A stretch of 64,000 bases of DNA from a virus. Location: positions 1-64,000 of IMG/VR virus record IMGVR_UViG_3300017752_000004; one strand, 5' to 3'. Both the position numbers and the translations under genes were made by a program. Every line of letters begins with the position of its first letter. The first letter of the stretch is position 1. Below, piece by piece: positions 9,694 through 19,389 of this stretch. The notes beneath the pieces were generated by a model, which saw only the letters and a list, made by a program, of their open reading frames with translations, did not search any database and was not told the origin of the DNA.

Positions 9694-11371
9694 GTAATTT
9701 AAATTGTGTTTTTGCTTTGCCGTTATGGTGGTAATTGATAAGAACCTGAGTTCCATAATGAGGCAAGAAAGCCATATCAAATAACCCTTTATATTCGCCC
9801 TTTCCTTCTAGAAAATGCAGGTTATCAATTTCTTTTGTGTAGGGTAATACTTTATAAACTTTTGGGTGGTCCTCAATGTAGTCAAAGAATTGGTTTTTTG
9901 TGAAAACGTAAATGTCGTGATCGGGGTAGAGATCTTTGAGGTTATCCATTAAAGAGTTCAACCATAGAACGTCACCAGCAGATCCAGGCATTACGACAGC
10001 TATTCGTTTTCCACTATCAAGAAGGTCTTCTAAATTTAAACCATTTTTTTCTCCACCAAAATCATAATCATAATCTATACTAGGCATAGCATCAAGGATT
10101 GATTCTAATTTTTTACCAACAGCGGTTGTTGAATAATTCTCAACAGTCCACTCTCTGGCTTTTTTACCCATTTCACGAAGCTTGTTTTTGTCCATTTGCC
10201 AAACTTTTTTAAGTTGCTTTGCTATGCTTGATGGATAGGTGGAGGCTTTAATAAATTGCGTACCTGGCTCTCTGTATTCTGACCAATCAAGAGCAAAGCT
10301 ACCACATTCTCGGCTAGAGGAATCTTCGCCACAGGAATAGTTAGTGACAAGAGTAACTAGTTCGGTCATCTTAGCTTCAAAGATGGGTATTTCCATACCG
10401 CCACTAGTAAATGGGTGGCAATAAACATCCATTAGGTTGTAAATTTCATTAAGCTGAGATTCGTTGACTCCAGCTTTGACGTTGGTAGTGTTAAGAGATT
10501 TCTCGGTTCCGCAAAATCTGCATTTCTGTCCCTGCCCAACGAAAGATTTAACTTCATACCGACCACAAGCAGAACAAAAATAAGTAGTAAGGATATCATT
10601 TGGGTTAATATCTTTTTCTTTTATAAGTCTAGGGATATCCCAACCTTCTGACCAGTGAGTATGCAGAAGGAGTTTTGCTTTAGGGCAATCTTTTTTAAAT
10701 ATTTTAAAACCCTCCAGCAAATTGGGTACGCTTTTTCTAAGTTGATTTCTAAATACAAAGCCAATAATAAATTCATCAGACAATTTGAATTTATTCCTAA
10801 GTTCTTTGCGATACACTTCGCTGTGTCTATAAAAATCCTCAGTGTTTACAGTGCCGTGTAAAGTGTCAACGTGATCGTGACCCATTTCTTTTAAGTCTTT
10901 CTCTGCGAAGGAAGACCATGTATAAAAGTTTTTTGTTTTACTCGCCGCTTCAATAGCTTGTGGCAATATGGGTTGGCTATCTAAGGTAGTCCAGATCATA
11001 TTATTGATCTTATTCCACCAAGGCTTTTCCCAGAACTTACCAAAAGCCCAAATATCTTCTACGCCTAAATAGATGTCTGGTTTGTATTGCTTTATAGCTT
11101 GGTCTATTGTCCCTCCGCCATAGCCAGCTTCGCGAGCCTTTTGGGGGTCTGCATTAAGCTGACGTAACGCTGCTTGGTTATTGGTAAGAGAACCTTGCGC
11201 TTGCCACGGCCTTGTTTTTAAAGATGGATCATCCCACTGAGTACCATTAGCAAATTCAATCAGCTCATACTTTTTTGTTGAATAAAGGTGGCGGAGTATA
11301 TTCTTTGCGTTTTTGCCAAATCCTGTAAACGCTTTAGCTCCATTTGAGTGGAATAATACCTTCTTTTTCAT
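9683..11371 (-). CDS. GT4-like glycosyltransferase with Zn-ribbon insert, fused to a GT9 N-terminal domain
   Basis: TGFG N-terminus, FVFRNQLRK, GGMEIPIFEA; CSAC...CRFC insert; C-terminal RIAVVMPGSAGDVLW. Confidence 0.8.
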   Translation of the reverse strand: MKKKVLFHSNGAKAFTGFGKNAKNILRHLYSTKKYELIEFANGTQWDDPSLKTRPWQAQGSLTNNQAALRQLNADPQKAREAGYGGGTIDQAIKQYKPDIYLGVEDIWAFGKFWEKPWWNKINNMIWTTLDSQPILPQAIEAASKTKNFYTWSSFAEKDLKEMGHDHVDTLHGTVNTEDFYRHSEVYRKELRNKFKLSDEFIIGFVFRNQLRKSVPNLLEGFKIFKKDCPKAKLLLHTHWSEGWDIPRLIKEKDINPNDILTTYFCSACGRYEVKSFVGQGQKCRFCGTEKSLNTTNVKAGVNESQLNEIYNLMDVYCHPFTSGGMEIPIFEAKMTELVTLVTNYSCGEDSSSRECGSFALDWSEYREPGTQFIKASTYPSSIAKQLKKVWQMDKNKLREMGKKAREWTVENYSTTAVGKKLESILDAMPSIDYDYDFGGEKNGLNLEDLLDSGKRIAVVMPGSAGDVLWLNSLMDNLKDLYPDHDIYVFTKNQFFDYIEDHPKVYKVLPYTKEIDNLHFLEGKGEYKGLFDMAFLPHYGTQVLINYHHNGKAKTQFKLHEN

Positions 11372-11832
11372 TAATAGTTAAAATATTTAAACAGGAATAG
11401 GTCAAATAAACCTTTAAGTGTTCTAGCTTCACCAAGTTCCATTCCCATGCCGAATTTTAATGTAGAATTTTTTACGACGCTCAATGAGAAAGCTTTCTTG
11501 CCATCCTTCTTTGTGTAAGGTTTAAATGAAATTATAGTCTTATCATCGTTGTAACTATGGAAGGCAGAAAATTCACCATAGTTTTCGATAGCGTTTAGCA
11601 TGCCGCCAACTTCATTCTCGCTTAGTTTAAAATAAATATTTTTCTCTGGGTCTTTAGCATTAGCACTAAATGATCCATTTTTAGTTTTATCGTTCCACGA
11701 CGCTTGCTTGATAGATTGCACAAGTAGACTCGGTTTCATTTTATTACCCTCTTTATCTTGCTCTAAGATTTTAAAAGAGAAGGCGCATCCTGTATTAAAG
11801 GAGTTCGGTTTGTAAATATCGTGCTGTTTCAT
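11371..11832 (-). CDS. Hypothetical (possibly PC4/Whirly-like nucleic-acid-binding)
   Basis: Two beta-sheet/helix units; TATAAT 7 nt upstream of ATG 11832. Confidence 0.45.
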   Translation of the reverse strand: MKQHDIYKPNSFNTGCAFSFKILEQDKEGNKMKPSLLVQSIKQASWNDKTKNGSFSANAKDPEKNIYFKLSENEVGGMLNAIENYGEFSAFHSYNDDKTIISFKPYTKKDGKKAFSLSVVKNSTLKFGMGMELGEARTLKGLFDLFLFKYFNY

Positions 11833-11884
11833 TTGCACTATTATATAGCTAACTACAGCAAATTCTATAAACTTAACTACATAA

Positions 11885-13027
11885 TTACATGTTTTTAATA
11901 ATTTCCAACTGCTCTATATCGTAAGTTTCGACAGTAGGCATTACAGTAAAGAATAGTTTATCAAAAGACTTAATATATTCTGGGAAAACCTCTTCGACGA
12001 CTGGTTTTAAATTTAAGTACGTATTCATGTATTTGATTAAATACTCTGATTTGTAGTAAGCCCCATAAACTATAAAATGAAATAAAATTTTATGCAATAA
12101 ATCTTGAAACAATAAAAGCATATTAAGCTCTCTCTTTTCTCGAAAGTTATGTAGGAATTCATCAAGGGTTATATCTCCCAATATTCTAGACGAGTTGTAG
12201 TATTTTTGCAAAAACTCCTTTACGGTTTTCTCGTTATGGTACAAGTACAGGTCGGTCACCGTCTTCAAGAGGCTGTAATACAAATCACAACTATGGCAGT
12301 TCTCAAAATTAATCAACTTTATATGGCCCTTTAAATATAAGACATTAGAGTTTTTTATATTTCCATGAGATAGCACAAGTATATCTTCTTTATATTTTGG
12401 TAGGTATTCTTTTTTGATTTTTAAAAAGATTTTTTGGAGATCTTGTGTATTTAAATTGACCAACTTTTCAAAAATAAGTATTTCTTTTGGGTCTACCATC
12501 TCGAATAAGGATGAGATGGATTCGTTTTGAAGAAATTTGCTTTTAAAGCTCGCGGCATCTTCGTTTTTGCTTTCATGAACGCCGTCCATGACAGAACAAA
12601 GAGTGCCTAAATTATATATCAAATCATCAATTCCAAAATCTTCAAAATTATCTCCATTTTCCCATGTTGTTAGCAAAAATTCAATACCGTCTTTCTCGTC
12701 GCTCTTGTGAGCTATGATGCTAGGGCTTATATTATTGGGGATGTGTTGTAGGGCGTTTTTTTCTGCAGATAGTTTTTGGTTCTCTGGGTCTAGGCTAATT
12801 TTTAGTAAAAACTTATTATTATCAATAACTAAACCGTAGCTCTCATAGAAAAAATTAGAAGACACTTTTGAAACCTCGATTTCCGCCACTTTATTCTTGT
12901 AAACTTCATTGATGAACTTTTTAATTAAATCTTTTTCAAATCTCGAAGCTTCTATAGAATTTTCATTTGGATTAGTATCTACAACTGAATAATTATTCAA
13001 TTTAACCTGTTTGCTTGCTATTGCCAT
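11885..13027 (-). CDS. APH/choline-kinase-fold protein with catalytic Asp residues replaced by Asn (pseudokinase)
   Basis: FLLKI..E..AL; LSHGNIKNSN (HGDxxxxN) and KLINFE (IDFE); start set at MAIASK. Confidence 0.7.
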   Translation of the reverse strand: MAIASKQVKLNNYSVVDTNPNENSIEASRFEKDLIKKFINEVYKNKVAEIEVSKVSSNFFYESYGLVIDNNKFLLKISLDPENQKLSAEKNALQHIPNNISPSIIAHKSDEKDGIEFLLTTWENGDNFEDFGIDDLIYNLGTLCSVMDGVHESKNEDAASFKSKFLQNESISSLFEMVDPKEILIFEKLVNLNTQDLQKIFLKIKKEYLPKYKEDILVLSHGNIKNSNVLYLKGHIKLINFENCHSCDLYYSLLKTVTDLYLYHNEKTVKEFLQKYYNSSRILGDITLDEFLHNFREKRELNMLLLFQDLLHKILFHFIVYGAYYKSEYLIKYMNTYLNLKPVVEEVFPEYIKSFDKLFFTVMPTVETYDIEQLEIIKNM

Positions 13028-13042
13028 GACAATATTATACAC

Positions 13043-13070
13043 AAAAAAGGCGGTATTTCTACCGCCTTTT
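13043..13070. terminator. Bidirectional intrinsic terminator
   Basis: AAAAGGCGGTA-TTTC-TACCGCCTTTT perfect stem with A/T tails. Confidence 0.85.
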
Positions 13071-13073
13071 GTT

Positions 13074-13292
13074 TTAGATCTGAGTCTTCCCCATTGAGAG
13101 CTTTTTGAGGCTCGTCTTAGCGAATTTTCGCATTACACTTGCGTTTCGATCTCGAACCACCACATACTTAGGGGTCTCGCGCACAAATTGCGCGTTAAGT
13201 GTTTCGCCTTGCCGAGTGGTGAGGCCAAAAAAACGGCCCTTACTTTCGCTGATTGCTTTTACGATACGGTTTATCTTATTCATTTTGTTCAT
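13074..13292 (-). CDS. Small basic hypothetical protein
   Basis: 72 aa ORF between the Clp gene and the terminator. Confidence 0.65.
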   Translation of the reverse strand: MNKMNKINRIVKAISESKGRFFGLTTRQGETLNAQFVRETPKYVVVRDRNASVMRKFAKTSLKKLSMGKTQI

Positions 13293-13300
13293 TTTATTTA

Positions 13301-14797
13301 TTAAAATCCTATTCTTCCAGAAGAAGATATATTTTTATTCTGTTTGATGCTCTCTTTTGGAGCATTTAGTTTGCTCGCAAATATATCGTATACTGTCTCC
13401 ATGTCAACATTAAAAACTTTATTTTCTAAACTTTTTCCCCATTTTTGTATGATCTTAGAATACTTCTTTTCTAATTTGTCGTACGCAGGAGTTTGTTGAA
13501 AATCTTGATCAGATAATTTTGCCTCCATATCTTTTGCTTTTTGAGGCCGCACGATGTTTATTTTTTTTGTTTTTGCTCCCGATTCATCTAAGATATCAAA
13601 AGCTTTGTCTGGAAATTTTTTATCGCTTAAATAAATATCACAGAGTTCTACAATTTTTTCTACTAATTCGTCCGTATACCCTACTTGGTGAAATTTTTCA
13701 TAAGACTTCTTTGCTGTTTTTAACAATTGAAAAGTTTCTTCCTTGGTTGGTTCGCAGACGTCTATCTTTTCAAACCTGCGATTTAAAGCTGAATCTTTTT
13801 TGAAAAAGCGATCATATTCATCTTTCGTAGTAGCGCCAACACAAGATATGTTTCCTCTTGATAAGGCTGGCTTCAGTATATTAGCAAGATCCAAACTACC
13901 CTCCGAGCTGCCAGCTCCAACTATAGTATGAATTTCGTCGATAAACAAAATATAGTGATCTTCTTTCGATAAGCAGTCTAGAATCTTTTTTAATTTTTCT
14001 TCCATCTGCCCTCTGTAAATAGTTCCAGCTAAAACAGAAGTAAGATCTAAGCATAGAATTTGTTTATGGAGCAAAAGGTCTGGGCATTCTCTTTTTATAA
14101 TTTTTTCTGCCATACCTTCTACGATAGCGGTTTTTCCTACACCCGCTTCGCCGACCAGAATGACATTGCTTTTGTTTCTGCGGAGCAGTACTTCAAAAAT
14201 CCTTTCAATCTCTTCATCTCTGCCAAAAATTTCAAATTCATTTTTTTCAGTTATTTTTTTATTCAGATTTTCGCACCACTCATCCATTTCAGATGAAGGA
14301 GCTTCTTGTTGTTTCCCATTTGAACCAATAGTCGATGGAACCTTTTCTCTAGGAATACCTTCTTTTATAATTTCTTTTAAATCGTCAACAAGCTTGGATA
14401 AGTCTACATCTAAATGAATCAAAAATTCAGCAATTTCTACTCTGGTGCTGAGTATGGAAACCAAGATGTGATCTATACCAATAAACTCGTCTTTGAATCT
14501 GGAGGCTAATTTTTGTGAGTTCTCCAAGATTTCATATATCTCTGGAGCAAGTATGGCTTTTTTTCTTTTTGGCTCTTTATATGACGTAATTGCGTGTTCG
14601 ATGCCCTCAGCAACGCCATCTTTAATTAAGCCATTAGAGGAAAAAGCAAAGTCGATACTGCTGTGTGTTAATCTCAGTATAGACAGAGTTAGATGCAAGT
14701 CTATAACCTTCAGGTGGCTAAAGTCTTTGGCAATAGTAGCTGAATCGCTAATTGCTTTTTTTGCAGAAGGAGTTAGGTTAAAGTTAGATAAGTCCAT
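13301..14797 (-). CDS. ClpA/B/C-type ATPase: Clp-N repeats plus first AAA+ domain only, ending in IGF
   Basis: IFGRDEEI..LLRRNKSNVILVGEAGVGKT, LAGTIYRGQMEE, LFIDEIHTIVGAG, GATT..EY..KDSALNRRF; no D2 ring. Confidence 0.9.
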   Translation of the reverse strand: MDLSNFNLTPSAKKAISDSATIAKDFSHLKVIDLHLTLSILRLTHSSIDFAFSSNGLIKDGVAEGIEHAITSYKEPKRKKAILAPEIYEILENSQKLASRFKDEFIGIDHILVSILSTRVEIAEFLIHLDVDLSKLVDDLKEIIKEGIPREKVPSTIGSNGKQQEAPSSEMDEWCENLNKKITEKNEFEIFGRDEEIERIFEVLLRRNKSNVILVGEAGVGKTAIVEGMAEKIIKRECPDLLLHKQILCLDLTSVLAGTIYRGQMEEKLKKILDCLSKEDHYILFIDEIHTIVGAGSSEGSLDLANILKPALSRGNISCVGATTKDEYDRFFKKDSALNRRFEKIDVCEPTKEETFQLLKTAKKSYEKFHQVGYTDELVEKIVELCDIYLSDKKFPDKAFDILDESGAKTKKINIVRPQKAKDMEAKLSDQDFQQTPAYDKLEKKYSKIIQKWGKSLENKVFNVDMETVYDIFASKLNAPKESIKQNKNISSSGRIGF

Positions 14798-17367
14798 TAT
14801 TTAATTTCAGATAGTTTTGTGTAGATTTTTTCGTCAAGAATAGAAATTCTCTCTCCGAAAATGACATCGTCGCCTTTGCTTCCATAGATAAAAACAATTT
14901 GATCTTCTTTTGGTTTTTTGCCTCCATTATTTAGATAATTATCTAGTGTGGAGGCTCGCCTGTTATTCATAAGCATGAAATTAATTTTACCGAAGTCATC
15001 TTGCACTTCTACTCTCATATACTTATTTCCCGCTGCGCTTGTTCTAGAAATACAGTCAGTGACCACGCCGACAAGCTTTACTCTGTCATTATTGTTTATT
15101 GATTTTAATTCAAGACTATTGTTTAAGTCCTCAGATTCCTTGAAGACATCTTTGATTTGAGTGGAGTGGCTGTAGCCGAGATACTTGCGTTCAAAAAACC
15201 AGTTCGCAAACTTGAGGTGATCTTTGTTTTTGTCGTAAATTTTTCTGTAAGAAGAGTATTTTCTTTTGAATGTTTCAAAACGGGATGGCTTCATTATTGG
15301 TTTAGAGTCGTCGGCAACCAAGCTGTCTTTGACAATAGAATGAATAGCTTTCAAGACGTCGTGATCGAACTTTTCGCCAAGCTGTATTATATTGCGCTTC
15401 TCTCTTTCAGTTAGGATATTAAAAGATTGAGCTTCCAATACCAAGCGGCAACGGTTTGGTATGGCTTGATTATCATCGCAAAAGGAATCCATCATGCCTC
15501 CTTGAATCAATCCAGACAGAACTCCGATATTAACTCCAGCTTGCTTTGCTGTTAGAAAGATGTCGTATTTGTTTTGATTCGTTTCTTGAGCTTTTCTAAA
15601 CTCAACTAAGCTTTCTAGTGTTTTCTCAGACACCCCCTTGATACTGTTAACGCCGAATCTGATGTTTCGACCTTCTTTCTCAAAATACACATCAGATTTA
15701 GATAGGTCGGGCGGTAGCAACTTCATATTAAATAGGCAAAATTCTTGGTTGATTAACGCTATTTCTGCATGAGAGTCTGGCTCATGCTTTGTCATCTTTA
15801 ATAAACTCAAGAAGAACTCTTGTGGGTATTTGAACTTTAGATAAGTTGTTATTGCAGCTAAGATAGCATAACTAATTGAGTGCGATTTATTAAACGAATA
15901 GTTGGCTGAGTCTTCTGCCACTTTCCATAAAACATCTCCAACTTGGCCGTCTAGGCCGTTTTCTTTGATCTTGTCCTCAATTTTAATCTTCCAAGCAGCC
16001 ATCTGGTCAACTTTCTTCTTACCCACAATACGTCTCAGTTGCTCTGATTCGTCTAAAGTGAAGCCTACCTTAACAGCCATTTTCATCAACTGCTCTTGGT
16101 ATAGTGGGATGCCACCAGTGTAAGATAGAATGTCGTCAAAATATTCATTAACAGACTGGAACTCGCCAGTGCTGGTATAATCTCCATACACATCAAGATA
16201 GTCAAGTGCGCCAGGGCGAGCAATAGCAACAACGGCTGAAAGCTCCTCCAAATTCCTTGGAGATATTTTTTTGCATACCTTAAAATTTGTGTCTGCTTCA
16301 ATTTGAAACAACCCTTTCGGGGCTTCAATATTTTTAAAGTTTTCATAAATTTCTGGTAGTTCCACGTCTACGTCTTCCATGTTAATACCTAATTGCTTGC
16401 AGGTTTCATGCACGACCGAAAGAGTACGTAATCCAAGGATATCGAACTTAACCATCAGAGATGCGACATCGTTCATGTCATAAGCTGATATAAGATCGCC
16501 ATCACTTGTCCTCTGCATTGGCATAATTTCTTCAATATTATAGAAGCTAATAGCGATGCCTGATGGGTGGACTCCTGTGTTTTTATTTAATCCTTCTAGC
16601 TTTTTGGCTATTTTGAATACTTTTGGATTTTTATCTGCAAATTCTTTAAATTTTTCACTCTCTTCGTAAGCCTTATCTAACTTAGCTACCTTGCCGAATT
16701 GTTTTGGAATATGAGTTCCAATACTATTTACATCGTCTTCCGACAACTCTCCGACAATTTTACCACACTCTTTTATGCACAGCTTGCTGCTCAAAGTATT
16801 CAAGGTGAGAATTTTGCAAGTTCTACCTTCGTGCTTTTTCTCAATATACTTGATGACCTCCTTTCTTCGGTCATAAGAAATATCATTATCGACATCAGCC
16901 AGAAGCGATCCGTCGAGATATGTAATACCATCAGATACTATTTGTTTGGCTCGGCTCTTGGATACAAATCGCTCAAAAAACAAATCGTACTTAATTGGAT
17001 CAACATTTGTAACGCGAAGAAGATACAAGACCAGTGAGCCAGCAGCGGAGCCGCGACCTGGGCCTGTAGGTATGCCATTTTCATGGCAATAATTAAGAAC
17101 GTCCCAGTTGAGCAGTATATACTCAACAAAACCAAGCTCTTTTAATACAGCAAGCTCCATCTTCACTCTATCGTAATACTTTTGCTTATTATCTAAAGAG
17201 CTAATCCCTCTATCTTTCACGCCTTTTAAGCAAAGCTCTCTTAGGAGATCAAAATTAGATGCGCTAGTAGGTATACCTAGTTCTTTGTAGAATTTCTCAT
17301 CTACTTCGATTTCGGGCAGTCTCACCCCTACTGGCATAGGCTGGTTGTATTGCTTTAATTCTAACAT
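14797..17367 (-). CDS. dnaE: DNA polymerase III alpha catalytic core (no PHP domain)
   Basis: GPGRGSAAGSLV, FFERF, ADVDND, GVHPSG, KFDILGL, YQEQLM, YSFNKSH, IRFG..IKGV, C-terminal OB fold. Confidence 0.95.
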   Translation of the reverse strand: MLELKQYNQPMPVGVRLPEIEVDEKFYKELGIPTSASNFDLLRELCLKGVKDRGISSLDNKQKYYDRVKMELAVLKELGFVEYILLNWDVLNYCHENGIPTGPGRGSAAGSLVLYLLRVTNVDPIKYDLFFERFVSKSRAKQIVSDGITYLDGSLLADVDNDISYDRRKEVIKYIEKKHEGRTCKILTLNTLSSKLCIKECGKIVGELSEDDVNSIGTHIPKQFGKVAKLDKAYEESEKFKEFADKNPKVFKIAKKLEGLNKNTGVHPSGIAISFYNIEEIMPMQRTSDGDLISAYDMNDVASLMVKFDILGLRTLSVVHETCKQLGINMEDVDVELPEIYENFKNIEAPKGLFQIEADTNFKVCKKISPRNLEELSAVVAIARPGALDYLDVYGDYTSTGEFQSVNEYFDDILSYTGGIPLYQEQLMKMAVKVGFTLDESEQLRRIVGKKKVDQMAAWKIKIEDKIKENGLDGQVGDVLWKVAEDSANYSFNKSHSISYAILAAITTYLKFKYPQEFFLSLLKMTKHEPDSHAEIALINQEFCLFNMKLLPPDLSKSDVYFEKEGRNIRFGVNSIKGVSEKTLESLVEFRKAQETNQNKYDIFLTAKQAGVNIGVLSGLIQGGMMDSFCDDNQAIPNRCRLVLEAQSFNILTEREKRNIIQLGEKFDHDVLKAIHSIVKDSLVADDSKPIMKPSRFETFKRKYSSYRKIYDKNKDHLKFANWFFERKYLGYSHSTQIKDVFKESEDLNNSLELKSINNNDRVKLVGVVTDCISRTSAAGNKYMRVEVQDDFGKINFMLMNNRRASTLDNYLNNGGKKPKEDQIVFIYGSKGDDVIFGERISILDEKIYTKLSEIK

Positions 17368-17375
17368 ATACCTTT

Positions 17376-17403
17376 ATTATAGGCATACTCTTTAAAATTG
17401 CAA
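17376..17403 (-). promoter_or_regulatory. Sigma70-like promoter of dnaE
   Basis: TTGCAA-16 nt-TATAAT, 8 nt before ATG. Confidence 0.6.
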
Positions 17404-17404
17404 G

Positions 17405-18043
17405 CTAAAAGTACTTATTAAATGGAACAAAGATATTCAAAAGAATTCTAATAATTTTTTTAAATTTTGGATGCTTCGCAATCACTTTAGTACAAAAAGA
17501 CGTAACTGGGTACGCATAATACTTAATATAACTTATAAAAAAGATACTACACATTAGTTTATCGCGGATTTTTGCGGTTCGATCAAACTTATCTTTTGTG
17601 GCTTTGGTTTGTTTTTTTCTTGCCTTATTGTTTATTGACTTTGCAGAGATGCAGCAAACTTTTTGCAAAACACCGTCGAAAAAAAACAATTCAAATACGA
17701 CACTCCAGTCTTTATCAATAACATCTATGCCTGTGCGTGGGCTAATTGTGATTGACCCTTGGAAATCTTCATCCATCCAATATTCGCCTTTTTTATTGAT
17801 TGACATTTTTTGAGAAACCTCATCATTTCCCAGATATTCGTACTGTTCAAAATGCTGCGATTTGAGGTTTCCCCCTAGAGAAACTAGGTAATTTGACAAT
17901 GACCCATCTAAACTATCCGTTTTAAAGGAATTTAGACGCTTGATTATAGAAACGACCTCTTTTGGTAGGTTTATTTTACCCCACTCAACGGTTTGGATGA
18001 ATTTTTCTATACTCTCAAATGAAACAATATCGGGTCTTCTCAT
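17405..18043 (-). CDS. Hypothetical protein inserted in the split polymerase locus
   Basis: 212 aa; GTGTAA motif 8 nt upstream. Confidence 0.6.
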   Translation of the reverse strand: MRRPDIVSFESIEKFIQTVEWGKINLPKEVVSIIKRLNSFKTDSLDGSLSNYLVSLGGNLKSQHFEQYEYLGNDEVSQKMSINKKGEYWMDEDFQGSITISPRTGIDVIDKDWSVVFELFFFDGVLQKVCCISAKSINNKARKKQTKATKDKFDRTAKIRDKLMCSIFFISYIKYYAYPVTSFCTKVIAKHPKFKKIIRILLNIFVPFNKYF

Positions 18044-18059
18044 AAGAAGTATTACACCG

Positions 18060-18692
18060 TTATATATCTAATTCCCAGATCTGTTTTTGAAAAATTTCAA
18101 AATTCTTTTCGATATCGTACAAAGCATCGTGCAGTTGGTTTTCATCGAAAGGAATATCGTAATGCTGCAACAAGAACTTCTGATTAGTCTTTAATTTCCT
18201 TTCTCTATAATTTAGGTATCTTAGCTGCCAAGTTAGAAACTCGTCCTTGTCGGGCGTCTTATTGCCCTTGGCGATAGCCGTGGCGATAGCCTTCGTATCG
18301 AAACACCTACTAGCGAAAGAGTAATCCATTTTTAGATTCAGGTTCCGAGCAATCACGCCCAGCATATACAAATCATATCCCAAAATATTTTGGCCGACGA
18401 CAATAACGTCATCTTGGTTAATCAACTCAATAAACTCTTTGAATACAGAAGCTGGATCTTCAGCTTTGGACTCGTAGTCTCGTCTGTCGAATCCTGTGAT
18501 TCTAGCCGCACCTTCTGAAACGTTTAAATCATTCCATTTTAGAAATCTATTGTGTTTCTTTGTTATTTTTTTGCCAGTAGCTTCGACATAAGCTAACTGC
18601 CAAGGTTTTGACGACACAAGGTTTAAGCCTTCGGTTTCTGTGTCGAAAATAACATATTTTTGATCGAATTTAAATCTAAGTAATTCTTCCAT
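18060..18692 (-). CDS. DEDDh 3'-5' exonuclease (DnaQ/epsilon-like)
   Basis: FDTETEGL, GQNILGYD, FDT, HDALYDI; start MEELL at 18692 (TAATG overlap). Confidence 0.9.
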   Translation of the reverse strand: MEELLRFKFDQKYVIFDTETEGLNLVSSKPWQLAYVEATGKKITKKHNRFLKWNDLNVSEGAARITGFDRRDYESKAEDPASVFKEFIELINQDDVIVVGQNILGYDLYMLGVIARNLNLKMDYSFASRCFDTKAIATAIAKGNKTPDKDEFLTWQLRYLNYRERKLKTNQKFLLQHYDIPFDENQLHDALYDIEKNFEIFQKQIWELDI

Positions 18693-19372
18693 TATTTGTC
18701 CTCCTTCCATGCTTCTACGCAAAAACGATCACTGCCAAAATGGTCAAGTCGTGGGTTAGATAAACTGGCTTGCCTGCCAGGCTGACGATTGCAGATGCAT
18801 TTATATGTTTGAAATGCATCGATATCTTCTTTGTTTTCATAATAAATAGATTTGGCTTTTATTATTCTCTTTTTGGGGCTGATGTTAGCGTACTCCTTAA
18901 CTTTTTCTTTGAGTAAAAAGTCAAAGGGGAGATTATTGTCTTCCATAATAAAATCGATCTCGTTTGGCAGGCGCGGCATGCAGTTAGCAAAACTAGTAAG
19001 GTTTTTATGCAAGAATGAATCATAAAATGGAATTGCAAACTTTAGATTATCGTAGTCGAACCAAGGCGTTTTCAATTTTTTACTGAAGCTTTCGGTATGT
19101 AACTTGTATAGATCCTTACATCCTTTATCTCCATCTGCAAAAGCCAACACCTTACTTTCTGATTCTTCGCTTTCATCATCATTGTATATGGACACACGAA
19201 GGCCGAATTTAAGACGACTCCCGAACGATCTAAAAGCTTCTGGAAACCCAGTCATAGAGTCTTCTACTATGAATACGTCTTCAATCTTGTTATCTGTGCA
19301 GATGCGATCAATATCATTGACTCGCAAAATACTACGACCAATTGAAAAATGAGTTTTGAATAATGGAATCAT
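18692..19372 (-). CDS. Stand-alone degenerate PHP domain of DnaE
   Basis: PLFKTHFSIGRSIL..I..VEDSMTGF..AF....LKFGL, G.KDLYKL, SIYYENKED..A. Confidence 0.8.
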   Translation of the reverse strand: MIPLFKTHFSIGRSILRVNDIDRICTDNKIEDVFIVEDSMTGFPEAFRSFGSRLKFGLRVSIYNDDESEESESKVLAFADGDKGCKDLYKLHTESFSKKLKTPWFDYDNLKFAIPFYDSFLHKNLTSFANCMPRLPNEIDFIMEDNNLPFDFLLKEKVKEYANISPKKRIIKAKSIYYENKEDIDAFQTYKCICNRQPGRQASLSNPRLDHFGSDRFCVEAWKEDK

Positions 19373-19389
19373 TTAGCTACGCTATTCTA

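Noticed and set aside
18269-18292. Short direct repeat TGGCGATAGCC x2, and CCATCAACT repeats at about 36848-36872
   Set aside because: They encode AIATAIAK in the exonuclease and the Pro/Ser/Thr linker of SSB; ordinary low-complexity coding.
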